DNA of 64,000 nt from Ignavibacteriota bacterium (GTDB lineage: Bacteria > Bacteroidota > Ignavibacteria > UBA10030 > UBA6906). Below, in pieces: positions 46,774 through 56,197 of this stretch. The first letter of the stretch is position 1. Every line of letters begins with the position of its first letter. Location of the stretch: assembly GCA_963801355.1 (NCBI GenBank), contig CAWDEM010000008.1, forward strand, positions 1,280,001-1,344,000. The letters run 5' to 3'. A program made the translations under genes and the position numbers. A model generated the notes under the pieces. The model searched no databases. It was not told the origin of the DNA and saw nothing but the letters and a program-made list of their open reading frames with translations.

Positions 46774-49218
46774 ATGACATACGGACACTTTGACGATAAG
46801 AAGCGTGAATATATTATCAGCCGGCCGGACACTCCGCTGCCATGGATCAACTATCTGGGGTGCGAGGAGTACTTCGGGATCATCTCGAACACTGCGGGAG
46901 GCTACTCGTTCTACCGCGATGCGAGGTTGCGCCGCCTGACCCGGTACCGCTACAACAACGTTCCGTTCGACACGGGCGGACGCTACATCTATCTACGTGA
47001 CAACGCCGATGGCTCCTTCTGGTCCCCTTCATGGCAGCCGACCAGACACGCTGTTGAAGGCTACTCCTGCCGTCACGGCATGGGATACAGCATCATCGGG
47101 TCCACATATCATCGCATCAAGTCGGAGACCCTCTACTTTGTGCCGCTCGGCGAAAATCTGGAAATCTGGCGGCTGAAGATCACCAACCTCCGCCGGAAGC
47201 CGGCCCGCCTGTCGGTATTCAGCTGCATCGAGTTCTGCCTCTGGGACGCGCAGGATGACGCAACGAATTTCCAGCGCAACTTCAGCACGGGTGAAGTAGA
47301 GATCGATAACGGCGTGATCTACCACAAGACGGAATACCGCGAGCGCCGGAACCACTTCGCCTATTTCGCCTCCTCGATCAAGCCCGCAGGATACGACACA
47401 CAGCGCGATACCTTTCTCGGTCCGTACCGCAATTGGGATCGGCCGGTCGTCGTTGAACGGGGACGGTCCGCCAATTCCCATGCGCACGGATGGGCACCGA
47501 TCGGTTCGCATCACATCCGGGTGAACCTGAAAGCAGGAGAAACCCGTGAGATTGTCTTCGTCCTGGGATATCATGAGAATCCTGAGGACCGCAAGTTCGC
47601 GCGCGCGGGGTCACAGACAATCAACAAAGCCACGGTCAGGCCGACGATCGCGAAATACCTGAAGCACGGTGCAGTCGAGCGCGCGTTCACGGAGCTTGGC
47701 CGGCATTGGGATCGCCTGCTCGGCGTCTATCAGGCAAAGACCCCCGACAGGCACACCAACAGGATGGTGAATATCTGGAACGCGTACCAGTGCATGGCCA
47801 CATTCAACATGTCGAGGTCGGCCTCCTTCTACGAATCGGGCATCGGGCGCGGCTTGGGGTTCCGCGACTCCAATCAAGATCTCCTGGGCTTCGTGCAGAT
47901 GGTGCCGGAGCGCGCCCGCGAGCGCATACTTGACCTGGCTGCCACGCAGCTCGATACCGGCGGGGCATACCATCAATACCAGCCGCTTACCAAACGCGGC
48001 AACAATGATATTGGCAGCAACTTCAATGATGATCCGCTCTGGCTTGTGCTCGGCGTTGCGGCCTATCTCAAGGAGACGGGCGACCAGGCGATTCTGGACG
48101 AACCCGTTCCGTATGACAACCGGCCCGGCAGCGCCACGCCGCTCTACGAGCACCTCGAGCGAAGCATACAGTATACGCTCGACCGACTCGGCCCTCATGG
48201 CCTGCCCCTCATCGGCCGGGCGGATTGGAATGATTGCCTCAACCTGAACTGCTTCTCCGACACACCCGGGCAGTCGTTTCAAACGACGACAAACAAGGAT
48301 GGAAAGACGGCCGAGTCAGTCTTCATCGGCGGGATGTTCGTGCTGGCCGCAAACGAGCTTGCCGTGATCGCCGGGCGGCGCGGATTGGAGTCCAAGGCTC
48401 AGGAATATCGCGAAGCCGCCTTGAAGATGGGCGCGACAGTCGGGACCTCCGGGTGGGACGGTGCGTGGTTCCTCCGCGCTTACGATGACTTCGGGAATAA
48501 GGTGGGCTCAAACGAATGCACAGAAGGCAAGATCTTCATTGAACCCCAGGGATTCTGCATCATCGCCGGCATCGGCCTGTCAGACGGACGGGCGCGCGTC
48601 GCACTGGATTCCGTGAAACGTCATCTTGCCACCGGACATGGAATCATGTTGCAACAACCGGCATTTTCGCATTACTACCTGAACCTGGGCGAGATCTCTT
48701 CCTACCCTCCGGGGTACAAGGAAAATGCAGGGATCTTCTGCCACAACAATCCCTGGATCATGATTGCCGAGACCATGGTCGGCAACGGAGACCGGGCGTT
48801 CGACTACTACCGGCGCATCAATCCGTCGGCACGGGAGAAGATCATCGCGCTCCATCGCTGCGAGCCGTACGTGTATGCACAGATGATCGCCGGCAAAGAC
48901 GCACCGACACACGGTGAAGCGAAAAATTCCTGGCTTACGGGAACGGCCGCATGGAACTACGTCGCCATCACCCAGCATATCCTCGGCATACGTCCGACAT
49001 ACGATGGACTCATGGTGGCGCCGGTCATCCCGGCTGCATGGAAGGGATTTTCCGCAACCCGCATCTTCAAAGGGGTGCACTACCACATCACGGTCAAACG
49101 GAGGGGCACGGGAAACACGGTGCATCTTACCGTGGAAGGCAGGAAGGTGGAAGGGAATATCATACCCCCACCACCTCCAGGTGTTACAAAGGTCTCGGTT
49201 GTAGCGATGCTGGAATAA
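46774..49218 (+). CDS. GH94 phosphorylase, cellobiose phosphorylase-like
   Basis: PWINYLG, RLTRYRYNN, GRGLGFRDSNQD, ADWNDCLN, GYKENAGIFCHNN, NSWLTGTA motifs. Confidence 0.92.
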   Translation: MTYGHFDDKKREYIISRPDTPLPWINYLGCEEYFGIISNTAGGYSFYRDARLRRLTRYRYNNVPFDTGGRYIYLRDNADGSFWSPSWQPTRHAVEGYSCRHGMGYSIIGSTYHRIKSETLYFVPLGENLEIWRLKITNLRRKPARLSVFSCIEFCLWDAQDDATNFQRNFSTGEVEIDNGVIYHKTEYRERRNHFAYFASSIKPAGYDTQRDTFLGPYRNWDRPVVVERGRSANSHAHGWAPIGSHHIRVNLKAGETREIVFVLGYHENPEDRKFARAGSQTINKATVRPTIAKYLKHGAVERAFTELGRHWDRLLGVYQAKTPDRHTNRMVNIWNAYQCMATFNMSRSASFYESGIGRGLGFRDSNQDLLGFVQMVPERARERILDLAATQLDTGGAYHQYQPLTKRGNNDIGSNFNDDPLWLVLGVAAYLKETGDQAILDEPVPYDNRPGSATPLYEHLERSIQYTLDRLGPHGLPLIGRADWNDCLNLNCFSDTPGQSFQTTTNKDGKTAESVFIGGMFVLAANELAVIAGRRGLESKAQEYREAALKMGATVGTSGWDGAWFLRAYDDFGNKVGSNECTEGKIFIEPQGFCIIAGIGLSDGRARVALDSVKRHLATGHGIMLQQPAFSHYYLNLGEISSYPPGYKENAGIFCHNNPWIMIAETMVGNGDRAFDYYRRINPSAREKIIALHRCEPYVYAQMIAGKDAPTHGEAKNSWLTGTAAWNYVAITQHILGIRPTYDGLMVAPVIPAAWKGFSATRIFKGVHYHITVKRRGTGNTVHLTVEGRKVEGNIIPPPPPGVTKVSVVAMLE

Positions 49219-49230
49219 GCGATTCTTTTA

Positions 49231-51264
49231 CTACCAGTCGTCAGTCCTGAATGACGGCGCGGGTAGTCCCGCACTGTTGAAGAGCGTGGCTTCCGGCGTA
49301 TTCTCAAATGCGTAACGCACGGCAAGCGGTTGACGGATGTCCGCGTTGGACACCTCCAACCTCTGTCCACGGATCCTCACCACGGCGTCTTTGAACACCT
49401 TATCCGGTCCCGCAATCTGGAAGCCGTTCCCCTTGACTCCCTCCTTCAGCACAAGCCCATTCTCCGCATGGTCGAAGGACAGCTCGATGCTTCCATCGCG
49501 GACGATCCAGGACCTGCAAATAGGCCCGGAGTACTCCAGATCGCGTCCGTACGTCTTGGCCATGGCCCATAGGGCGAGGCGGTGGCCGACATCCTTCTTA
49601 TTCGCGGGATGAATATTCTTTGCATCCCCGATGTCCATTGTCACAGCCATGCCGGTATTCTTCACGGAGAGCGTGGCGGTCTGTGCTTCGCGCAGCAATT
49701 GCGATTGCGTTGCGGTGCCGTAGTCGTATGGAGCTATCTGAACGTAATAGAACGGGAAATCTTCCAGCGCGAAACTCGTTCTCCAGTCTTCAATCAGAAG
49801 AGGAAAGAGCGTTTTGTATTGCAGCGCTCGGCCGGCATTGTCTTCGCCCTGATACCATATCGCTCCTTTGATCGCAAACGGAACGAGCGGCGAGATCATC
49901 CCGTTGTACAGTGCCGTGGGTGTATCCTCGGAGATATCGAGAGGCGAGCGCGGCCGGGTTTCGTACTTATTCCCAAGAGGCCCGAACACAAATAATGAGT
50001 CCCCCATGAGCTCGGCGACCGGAACGTACTTCCAATCGCCGGCAAGGGAGAGCGTATCACCTCCCTGGGCAGGCCGCAGGAGCATGGATGCCGGTTCACC
50101 GTACATGCCGCCACCACCCTGATTGTCGACTACGCGAACAGCGATGCTCATTGCGGGGCGGTCCACGATGGAACCCGGGACGGGGTAGATCCGTTTGGCA
50201 TTATAGTAACCTGTGACTTCATAGCCGCCGACCCTGGTGCCGTTGACGAACGTGACATCCATGTCGTCAATCGGTCCAAGCTCCAGCACCAGATTCTTGC
50301 CCACCCATTCGGGGGGAATGGCGATGTTCTTTCTAAACCAGACGACCCCGTCGAAGTTGCCCATCTCACTCTTTTCCCAGAGCGCAGGCAAGCGCATGGT
50401 TTTCCAGGCGGCGTCATCGTACGAGCGGGCTGCGCATGCGCTGTCCCCGCAAGGAAGTGCCCGCCATCTGTTCTCGGCCGGTCTGGCCTTTACGTCGATT
50501 GCAGGATACTCGCGGAGCCAGAGCTCCGTCCGGCGCCGGGCCTCCGCACACGCAGGAAGCATGCTTAACGCCTTGGAAAACTCCGGGACACGGGCGAGAG
50601 ACCGGGCGCTGGTCCACGCTTCCACAGGGGTCCCTCCCCAGCTGGAATGGATCAAACCGATGGGCACACCAAGTGCCTTGTGAAGTTCCTTGCCGAAGAA
50701 AAAGGCGGTTGCACTGAAATCCCCGACATTCGCAGGTGAGCACTCCTCCCAGGAAGCGTTGCCCTCGGACTCGGGGACGGCGGAATACGTCCGACGCACG
50801 GTGCACAGCCGGATGTTCGGATACGCCGCAGCTCCGATCTCCTCCGCTGCTGACTGCACAGTGTCTCTTGGCGGCCACCCCGACAGAGGCATTTCCATAT
50901 TCGATTGACCCGAGCAGAGCCACACTTCGCCGGTCAATACGTTGGTGACCATCGTCGCCGTGCTGTCGTGCCTAATTTCCAGCGTGTAGGGTCCTCCCGC
51001 GCCCGGTGTCTGGAGTTTCACCATCCACCTGCCGTCGGGTTCAACGAGCGATTCTGCGGTCCTCCCCCAAGACGCACGGATGACAATCGGTGTCCCCGGC
51101 GTCCCGCGGCCCCAGAGGGGAACATTGCTTTCCTGCTGAAGCACCATATTGTCTTTGATGAGAGGGGCCAGGCTGAACGCCGCGGGTTGGCTGAGTGCTG
51201 GCGCATAGATTGCCGTAGAACACAGCACACAAAGTGCGAGTAGAATGAAGAATCGATGGTTCAT
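49231..51264 (-). CDS. Sialate O-acetylesterase-family (SASA) esterase with inserted jelly-roll domain
   Basis: GEVWLCSGQSNM, WGGTPVEAW, GAIWYQGE, IHPANK, LPAPSFRTD motifs. Confidence 0.9.
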   Translation of the reverse strand: MNHRFFILLALCVLCSTAIYAPALSQPAAFSLAPLIKDNMVLQQESNVPLWGRGTPGTPIVIRASWGRTAESLVEPDGRWMVKLQTPGAGGPYTLEIRHDSTATMVTNVLTGEVWLCSGQSNMEMPLSGWPPRDTVQSAAEEIGAAAYPNIRLCTVRRTYSAVPESEGNASWEECSPANVGDFSATAFFFGKELHKALGVPIGLIHSSWGGTPVEAWTSARSLARVPEFSKALSMLPACAEARRRTELWLREYPAIDVKARPAENRWRALPCGDSACAARSYDDAAWKTMRLPALWEKSEMGNFDGVVWFRKNIAIPPEWVGKNLVLELGPIDDMDVTFVNGTRVGGYEVTGYYNAKRIYPVPGSIVDRPAMSIAVRVVDNQGGGGMYGEPASMLLRPAQGGDTLSLAGDWKYVPVAELMGDSLFVFGPLGNKYETRPRSPLDISEDTPTALYNGMISPLVPFAIKGAIWYQGEDNAGRALQYKTLFPLLIEDWRTSFALEDFPFYYVQIAPYDYGTATQSQLLREAQTATLSVKNTGMAVTMDIGDAKNIHPANKKDVGHRLALWAMAKTYGRDLEYSGPICRSWIVRDGSIELSFDHAENGLVLKEGVKGNGFQIAGPDKVFKDAVVRIRGQRLEVSNADIRQPLAVRYAFENTPEATLFNSAGLPAPSFRTDDW

Positions 51265-51407
51265 CGTCGTGTGCCTCGTGATGTTCTTTATGATGTCTTC
51301 ATGGTGTTTTATAGGATGCCTTCATGTGCTCATCATGGGGTTCTATAGGATGCTTTCATCTGCTCATCATGGCGTTCTTCACGATGCCTTTCACGGTGTT
51401 CTTCATC
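51265..51407. repeat. Degenerate 11-12-bp tandem array including a 34-bp duplication
   Basis: 51311-51344 and 51345-51378 differ at 3 positions; minus-strand units resemble ATGAAGAACACC. Confidence 0.7.
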
Positions 51408-51432
51408 CTAACCAATGTGATGTGTTCCATAA

Positions 51433-51448
51433 TGCCATTGAGATGCCG
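51433..51448 (-). promoter_or_regulatory. Weak sigma-54-like motif facing the acetylesterase gene
   Basis: Minus strand CGGCAT-CTCAA-TGGCA keeps GG-N10-GC spacing but has several mismatches. Confidence 0.35.
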
Positions 51449-51494
51449 CGCCTGGAGCAGCTTATGCTCTTTCCGATTGCTCGGGCGGGGCTGA

Positions 51495-51528
51495 TTATTA
51501 TCCTAATAATGCTTTCCTTCATTGAGAA
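51495..51528. promoter_or_regulatory. Putative activator binding site (tandem palindrome)
   Basis: TTATTA-TCC-TAATAA (51495-51509) plus half-site TGAGAA (51523-51528), offset 19 bp from the first right half. Confidence 0.55.
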
Positions 51529-51542
51529 GGCGCTCGCATTTC

Positions 51543-51558
51543 TGGCACTGTGCGTGCA
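51543..51558 (+). promoter_or_regulatory. Sigma-54 (-24/-12) promoter of the GH5 mannanase
   Basis: TGGCAC-TGTGC-GTGCA, about 57 bp before ATG 51615. Confidence 0.65.
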
Positions 51559-51614
51559 AAACTTCCGGTGGAATTAAACATAGGATCCGCCACATTGAAA
51601 CGCAAGGACCTCCC

Positions 51615-52985
51615 ATGCACCCGATGAGAACCACGCGTCTGATCGCGTCCGGCATCGCCGCTTGTGTACTCTCTTCCTGTTCGATACTGACGACTGGAGT
51701 TGAACAGGATGATTTCATCAGGGTTGACGGCACGAGACTGATTCACAACGGCACCCCGTATTACTTTGCGGGGGCGAACATGTGGTACGGGTGCTATCTG
51801 GGTTCGCCGGGCTCCACGGGCAACAGGCCAAGGCTGCTCAGGGAACTCGATTCACTTCGTGCCTTTGGCCTGACGAACCTTCGAGTTCTTGCAGCTTCCG
51901 AAGAATCCGCCATGCGCCGGTCTGTGAAGCCGGCAATCCAGCGCGCACCCGGGGTCGTCGACGACTCCCTGCTGCAGGGTCTGGATTTCCTCCTTGCAGA
52001 GATGGCGGAGCGCCACATGCATGCAGTCCTCTACCTCGGCAACTATTGGGAGTGGTCGGGTGGCTTCAGCCAGTACAATGTCTGGACAGGCGGACCAACG
52101 GTAGACCCGGAGGACACGACGCAGGGATGGGGCGCGTTCATGGACTACTCGGCGACATTCTATTCCAACGACCGGGCGATGCAGATGTTCAGAGATTACG
52201 TGCGCAGCATTGTCACGCGCACCAACACCGTGAACGGCAGGCCGTATGCATCCGACCCGACCATCATGTCATGGCAACTGGTCAACGAACCGAGGCCCGG
52301 ACGCGACGACGAACCGGGCAGGAAAAACCTTCCGGTCTTTTACAAGTGGATCGATGAGACCGCGCGGTTCATCCACAGTCTCGACACCAACCACATGGTC
52401 TCCGCCGGCAGTGAGGGAACCGTCGGCACATTGCGGTCCGAGGAGTATTACCTTCGCGCTTTTCAGACTCCACACATCGACTACCTCAACCTGCATCTCT
52501 GGCCGCTGAATTGGGGCTGGTTCAACCCCGTCACATGGGAGACCACACTGCCGCAAACAGAGATTAATGCGGTTGAGTATTTCAACCGTCACATGGCGCT
52601 TGCGCGCACGCTCGGCAAGCCGATCGTGATGGACGAATTCGGTCTCGGGCGGGACGGCGGGAAGTTCCATTCTGGAACTCCAACACGAGCGAGGGACCGG
52701 TACCTCCTCTTGATCTGCACGGTGCTCGAAGATTCTGCGCGCGCGGGAGCTCCTCTCGCCGGGTCGAATTTCTGGGCATGGGGAGGAGAAGGAACAGCTC
52801 AGCACCCGGACGGCATGTGGCAGCGCGGCGATCCGTTCGTCGGCGACCCGCCCCAGGAACCGCAGGGAAGAAACTCGGTGTTCATTTCGGACACGTCGAC
52901 GATCCGCATACTTCGCTCTCACGCGAAGGCCATGCTCATGCTTGGGGCCGCTTCCCCTTCACCACCTTCAGGTTTCGTTCGATAA
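51615..52985 (+). CDS. GH5 beta-mannanase/mannosidase-like lipoprotein
   Basis: LSSC lipobox, GANMWYG, NYWEWSGG, SWQLVNEPR, LHLWPLNWGW, IVMDEFG, GDPPQEPQG motifs; start 51615 or 51624. Confidence 0.9.
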   Translation: MHPMRTTRLIASGIAACVLSSCSILTTGVEQDDFIRVDGTRLIHNGTPYYFAGANMWYGCYLGSPGSTGNRPRLLRELDSLRAFGLTNLRVLAASEESAMRRSVKPAIQRAPGVVDDSLLQGLDFLLAEMAERHMHAVLYLGNYWEWSGGFSQYNVWTGGPTVDPEDTTQGWGAFMDYSATFYSNDRAMQMFRDYVRSIVTRTNTVNGRPYASDPTIMSWQLVNEPRPGRDDEPGRKNLPVFYKWIDETARFIHSLDTNHMVSAGSEGTVGTLRSEEYYLRAFQTPHIDYLNLHLWPLNWGWFNPVTWETTLPQTEINAVEYFNRHMALARTLGKPIVMDEFGLGRDGGKFHSGTPTRARDRYLLLICTVLEDSARAGAPLAGSNFWAWGGEGTAQHPDGMWQRGDPFVGDPPQEPQGRNSVFISDTSTIRILRSHAKAMLMLGAASPSPPSGFVR

Positions 52986-54135
52986 GCGCTATCCTCTGGT
53001 CCACTGCGGCCGCGCTGCGCAGTGGATCCTCCGGTGAGTGCAGCACGTAGTCCAGGAGGATGTCCACCGTGCTTGTGGCGACATGAATCCTTGTATCCGA
53101 TGACGCATAGTAGATGAAGACGTTTCCGTTCTTCTTCATGACCCAGCCGCAACTGAAGAGCACATTGGAGACATCGCCGATACGTTCGTATCCCACGGGA
53201 GCCATGAAGTAGCCCCCGGGCCGCGCGATCACACGATTGGGTTCTTTGAGATCGGTGAGGAAGAGATAAAGCACGTAACGCAAGCCGGCGGCCGTGTTCC
53301 GCACGCCATGCGCCAGCTGCAGCCATCCTTTCTCAGTCTTGAGCGGAGCGGGCCCCAGACCGTTCTTCACCTCCGTGATGGTGTGGTAGATACGATCGTC
53401 AATAATAGTCTCCTCCTCGATCGCCACTGCAACCATGCTCTCCGAGAGCCCCCACCCGATTCCCCCTCCCGAACCCGTGCTGATGAAGCCGTCCTGCGGC
53501 CGTGTATAGAACGCGTACTTCCCTCCCACGAACTCAGGGTGGAGAACGACGTTTCGCTGCTGGGGCGACCCGGTCCGGATGTCAGCCAGCCGCTCCCACG
53601 CCACGAGATCTTTTGTTCTGGCCACCCCGCATTGGGCTATGGCCGACGAGGTATCCGTGCGCGGGACTGAAGGATCCTTGCGTTCCGTGCAGAACAAACC
53701 GTAGATCCAACCGTCCTGGTGCTTCACCAGGCGCATATCGTAGACATTGGTATCGGGATCCTCAGTCTCAGGCAGACGCACGGGATAGTCCCAAAACCGG
53801 AAGTTGTCTATGCCGTTGCGGGATTCGGCAATCGCAAAGAAAGATTTCCGGTCGACCCCTTCAACCCGGACTGCCAGCAGGATCTTTCCTTCATATTCCA
53901 TCGCCCCCGGATTGAATGCTGCGTTTACCCCCATGCGTTCCAGGAGATGGGGGTTCGGTTTCCGGTCCATATCATACCGCCACGTCACCGGGACATGGCC
54001 GGCGGTGATGACGGGATGCACGTACCGATGGGCCACACCATTGCCCCCGGGCACCTTCTGGTTCTTCCTCGTGAGCAATCGTTCCTGGTTGCGGACGAGA
54101 GCCCGGAGGGCTGTCGCAAACTGGGCCTTGTTCAT
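52936..54135 (-). CDS. GH130 4-O-beta-D-mannosyl-D-glucose phosphorylase-like
   Basis: RVEGVDRKSFFA, NVYDMRL, SPQQRNVVLHP, YTRPQDGFI, HGVRNTAAGLRY, ERIGDVSNV motifs. Confidence 0.92.
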   Translation of the reverse strand: MNKAQFATALRALVRNQERLLTRKNQKVPGGNGVAHRYVHPVITAGHVPVTWRYDMDRKPNPHLLERMGVNAAFNPGAMEYEGKILLAVRVEGVDRKSFFAIAESRNGIDNFRFWDYPVRLPETEDPDTNVYDMRLVKHQDGWIYGLFCTERKDPSVPRTDTSSAIAQCGVARTKDLVAWERLADIRTGSPQQRNVVLHPEFVGGKYAFYTRPQDGFISTGSGGGIGWGLSESMVAVAIEEETIIDDRIYHTITEVKNGLGPAPLKTEKGWLQLAHGVRNTAAGLRYVLYLFLTDLKEPNRVIARPGGYFMAPVGYERIGDVSNVLFSCGWVMKKNGNVFIYYASSDTRIHVATSTVDILLDYVLHSPEDPLRSAAAVDQRIALIERNLKVVKGKRPQA

Positions 54136-56037
54136 TTAGATCACCGTTGCTTTCTGAGCGGAGAGGCCGCCGGGGCCTTTTCCCGCAGGCGGTGCGAGCA
54201 CGGCCACAACCCGTTGCTCGAAGTCCTCCGGCAGCGTTTCCCTGCTTGCCTCATCAAGGTTGTTCCACCACGTGAATTTGAGGATCAACGATGTCACGAC
54301 AACACCACAGATGACCCAGATGAAGAGATGATATTGCTGCGTCACCAGCGACATCGGCGTGAGTACCAGGCAGACCTGCCAGGCCACGCCGACGACGATA
54401 TTGAAGAGGTCCCGGGGAAGACGTTTGTTCGGTTCAAAATCCGGGTAGTACTTCCGGGCCATGCGCAGCACCGGTTTCCAGAAGCCCCAGGGTTTGATCT
54501 GCATGTAAAATCTCATCAGCACGACATCGGGTTCGGGCTTCGTCAGCAGACTGCCAACGATGCACCCTACGATGGAGACCCCCAGGACGGGCGGAAACGC
54601 CATGATGGCATGAAGGGACGGAAAAGCGATCGGAATCACCATGGCCGCTGCAATGCCCGAGACCATTCCCCAGAAGTACCCGTAGCCATTGAATCTCCAC
54701 CAGTACCACTTCAGGATATTTGACGCTGTATAGCCACCGTAGAGTGCGCTGACGATCCAGAGCGTGACCTGGTTAATGGATTCCACCACAAAGCCGAACG
54801 CAAACCCGACGATCACGAAGGCGATCGTGGTGATGTAGCTAAGCCGCACATAGGTCTGGTCCGACGCATGCGGATTGATGAACCGCTTGTAGATATCGTT
54901 CACGACGTAGGCCGGCGCGGCATTGATGGTCGCCGCGTAGTTCGACATGAAGGCGGCGAACAAACCCGCGAGCAGCAATCCGACGAGACCGACCGGCAGG
55001 ATATTCTTGATGATGTAGGGAAGGATCATCTCGAAATCGATATTCGCCCCCATGGCATGAAGCTCCGGAGAGAAATTGACCAGTGCCAGCACGGTGATGC
55101 CGGTGATCAGCACATACCGGGGGAAGATCAGGACGACGTTGACAAACCAGTTCATCTTGGATGCTTCTTTGGGCGAACGGGTTGCCAGCACGCGCTGCAT
55201 GTCATAGTTGGGGGCCGGGCCCGCCATGCTCTTGAGGATGCCCTGGAAGAGCACCATGATGAAAAAGATCCCGAACATGCTGTACCCATCGGCCAGGATC
55301 TTCGTGTTCACCGCGTCAATCAACCCGGTCCAGTCCAGGTCAAGCGACCAGCCGAAAAACGGCGTTGTCCATCCCTGCGGCACGACGGCCTGCAGCTGTT
55401 CGGGCGACACCATGGTGAACGCAATGACACCGATCGACAACGACGCCACGGTCAGCACCATGAATTGCAGGAACTCGGTAATGACAACGCTGAACATTCC
55501 GCCCTTCACGGCGTAGATGGCGGTGAGCGACATCAGGATCAGTGCGTAGACGTCAGGGGAGATATTCCAGGGGAAGAAGACGGCTGCGAATTTCCCGATA
55601 CCCTTGAATGCATATGCGATGAACCCGATCACGCTCACGAGAGCGAAGATCACCACGCTGATGTGCGAGAGTTTTGCACCCGTGCTGTTCCCGAATCTCG
55701 TCTCGATCCACGCCGCGCCGGTCATGACCTTGGACTTGCGGAGCCAGATCGAGAGATAGACCATGAGGAATATCTGGTTGAATGTCGGCCAGACCCATGG
55801 CATCCACACACTCTTGAACCCGTACACGAAGAGCACGTAGACCAGCCACATCGTCCCCGTGATGTCGAACATTCCCGACGCATCGGAGACACCGAGCATC
55901 CACCAGGGAAGAACGTTGCTGCCCAGAAAGTACGAGTTGAGGTTCTTCTTGGCCCGTTTCGAGACCAGCATACCGAGCCCGATGGCCACCACAAAGTAGA
56001 GGAGGATTATCGAGAGATCAATGATGTGAATTTCCAT
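54136..56037 (-). CDS. Sodium:solute symporter (SSS) family sugar transporter
   Basis: YFLG...PWWMLGVS, GPAPNYDMQR, GLFAAFMS, many transmembrane segments; abuts the GH130 gene. Confidence 0.92.
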   Translation of the reverse strand: MEIHIIDLSIILLYFVVAIGLGMLVSKRAKKNLNSYFLGSNVLPWWMLGVSDASGMFDITGTMWLVYVLFVYGFKSVWMPWVWPTFNQIFLMVYLSIWLRKSKVMTGAAWIETRFGNSTGAKLSHISVVIFALVSVIGFIAYAFKGIGKFAAVFFPWNISPDVYALILMSLTAIYAVKGGMFSVVITEFLQFMVLTVASLSIGVIAFTMVSPEQLQAVVPQGWTTPFFGWSLDLDWTGLIDAVNTKILADGYSMFGIFFIMVLFQGILKSMAGPAPNYDMQRVLATRSPKEASKMNWFVNVVLIFPRYVLITGITVLALVNFSPELHAMGANIDFEMILPYIIKNILPVGLVGLLLAGLFAAFMSNYAATINAAPAYVVNDIYKRFINPHASDQTYVRLSYITTIAFVIVGFAFGFVVESINQVTLWIVSALYGGYTASNILKWYWWRFNGYGYFWGMVSGIAAAMVIPIAFPSLHAIMAFPPVLGVSIVGCIVGSLLTKPEPDVVLMRFYMQIKPWGFWKPVLRMARKYYPDFEPNKRLPRDLFNIVVGVAWQVCLVLTPMSLVTQQYHLFIWVICGVVVTSLILKFTWWNNLDEASRETLPEDFEQRVVAVLAPPAGKGPGGLSAQKATVI

Positions 56038-56086
56038 TGGCGGCCTGCAGGCTGATGAGGAATGGGAGTCCAACCCAATAAATCAC

Positions 56087-56102
56087 GCACAATTAGTGCC
56101 AG
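56087..56102 (-). promoter_or_regulatory. Sigma-54 (-24/-12) promoter of the SSS-GH130 operon
   Basis: Minus strand CTGGCAC-TAATT-GTGC, about 50 bp before ATG 56037; shares TGGCACTAA with the 44145 promoter. Confidence 0.75.
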
Positions 56103-56163
56103 CCCGGGCAGTGTCCTGAGTCCCGTTTTTTCTCACTTATTCTTGAAGTGCGGCAGGAAAGCT

Positions 56164-56197
56164 TTATTACTTTGATAATCCTGGCGGGATTTGATAA
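56164..56197. promoter_or_regulatory. Putative activator binding site (tandem palindrome)
   Basis: TTATTA-CTT-TGATAA (56164-56178) plus half-site TGATAA (56192-56197), offset 19 bp; overlaps the end of the upstream gene. Confidence 0.55.
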
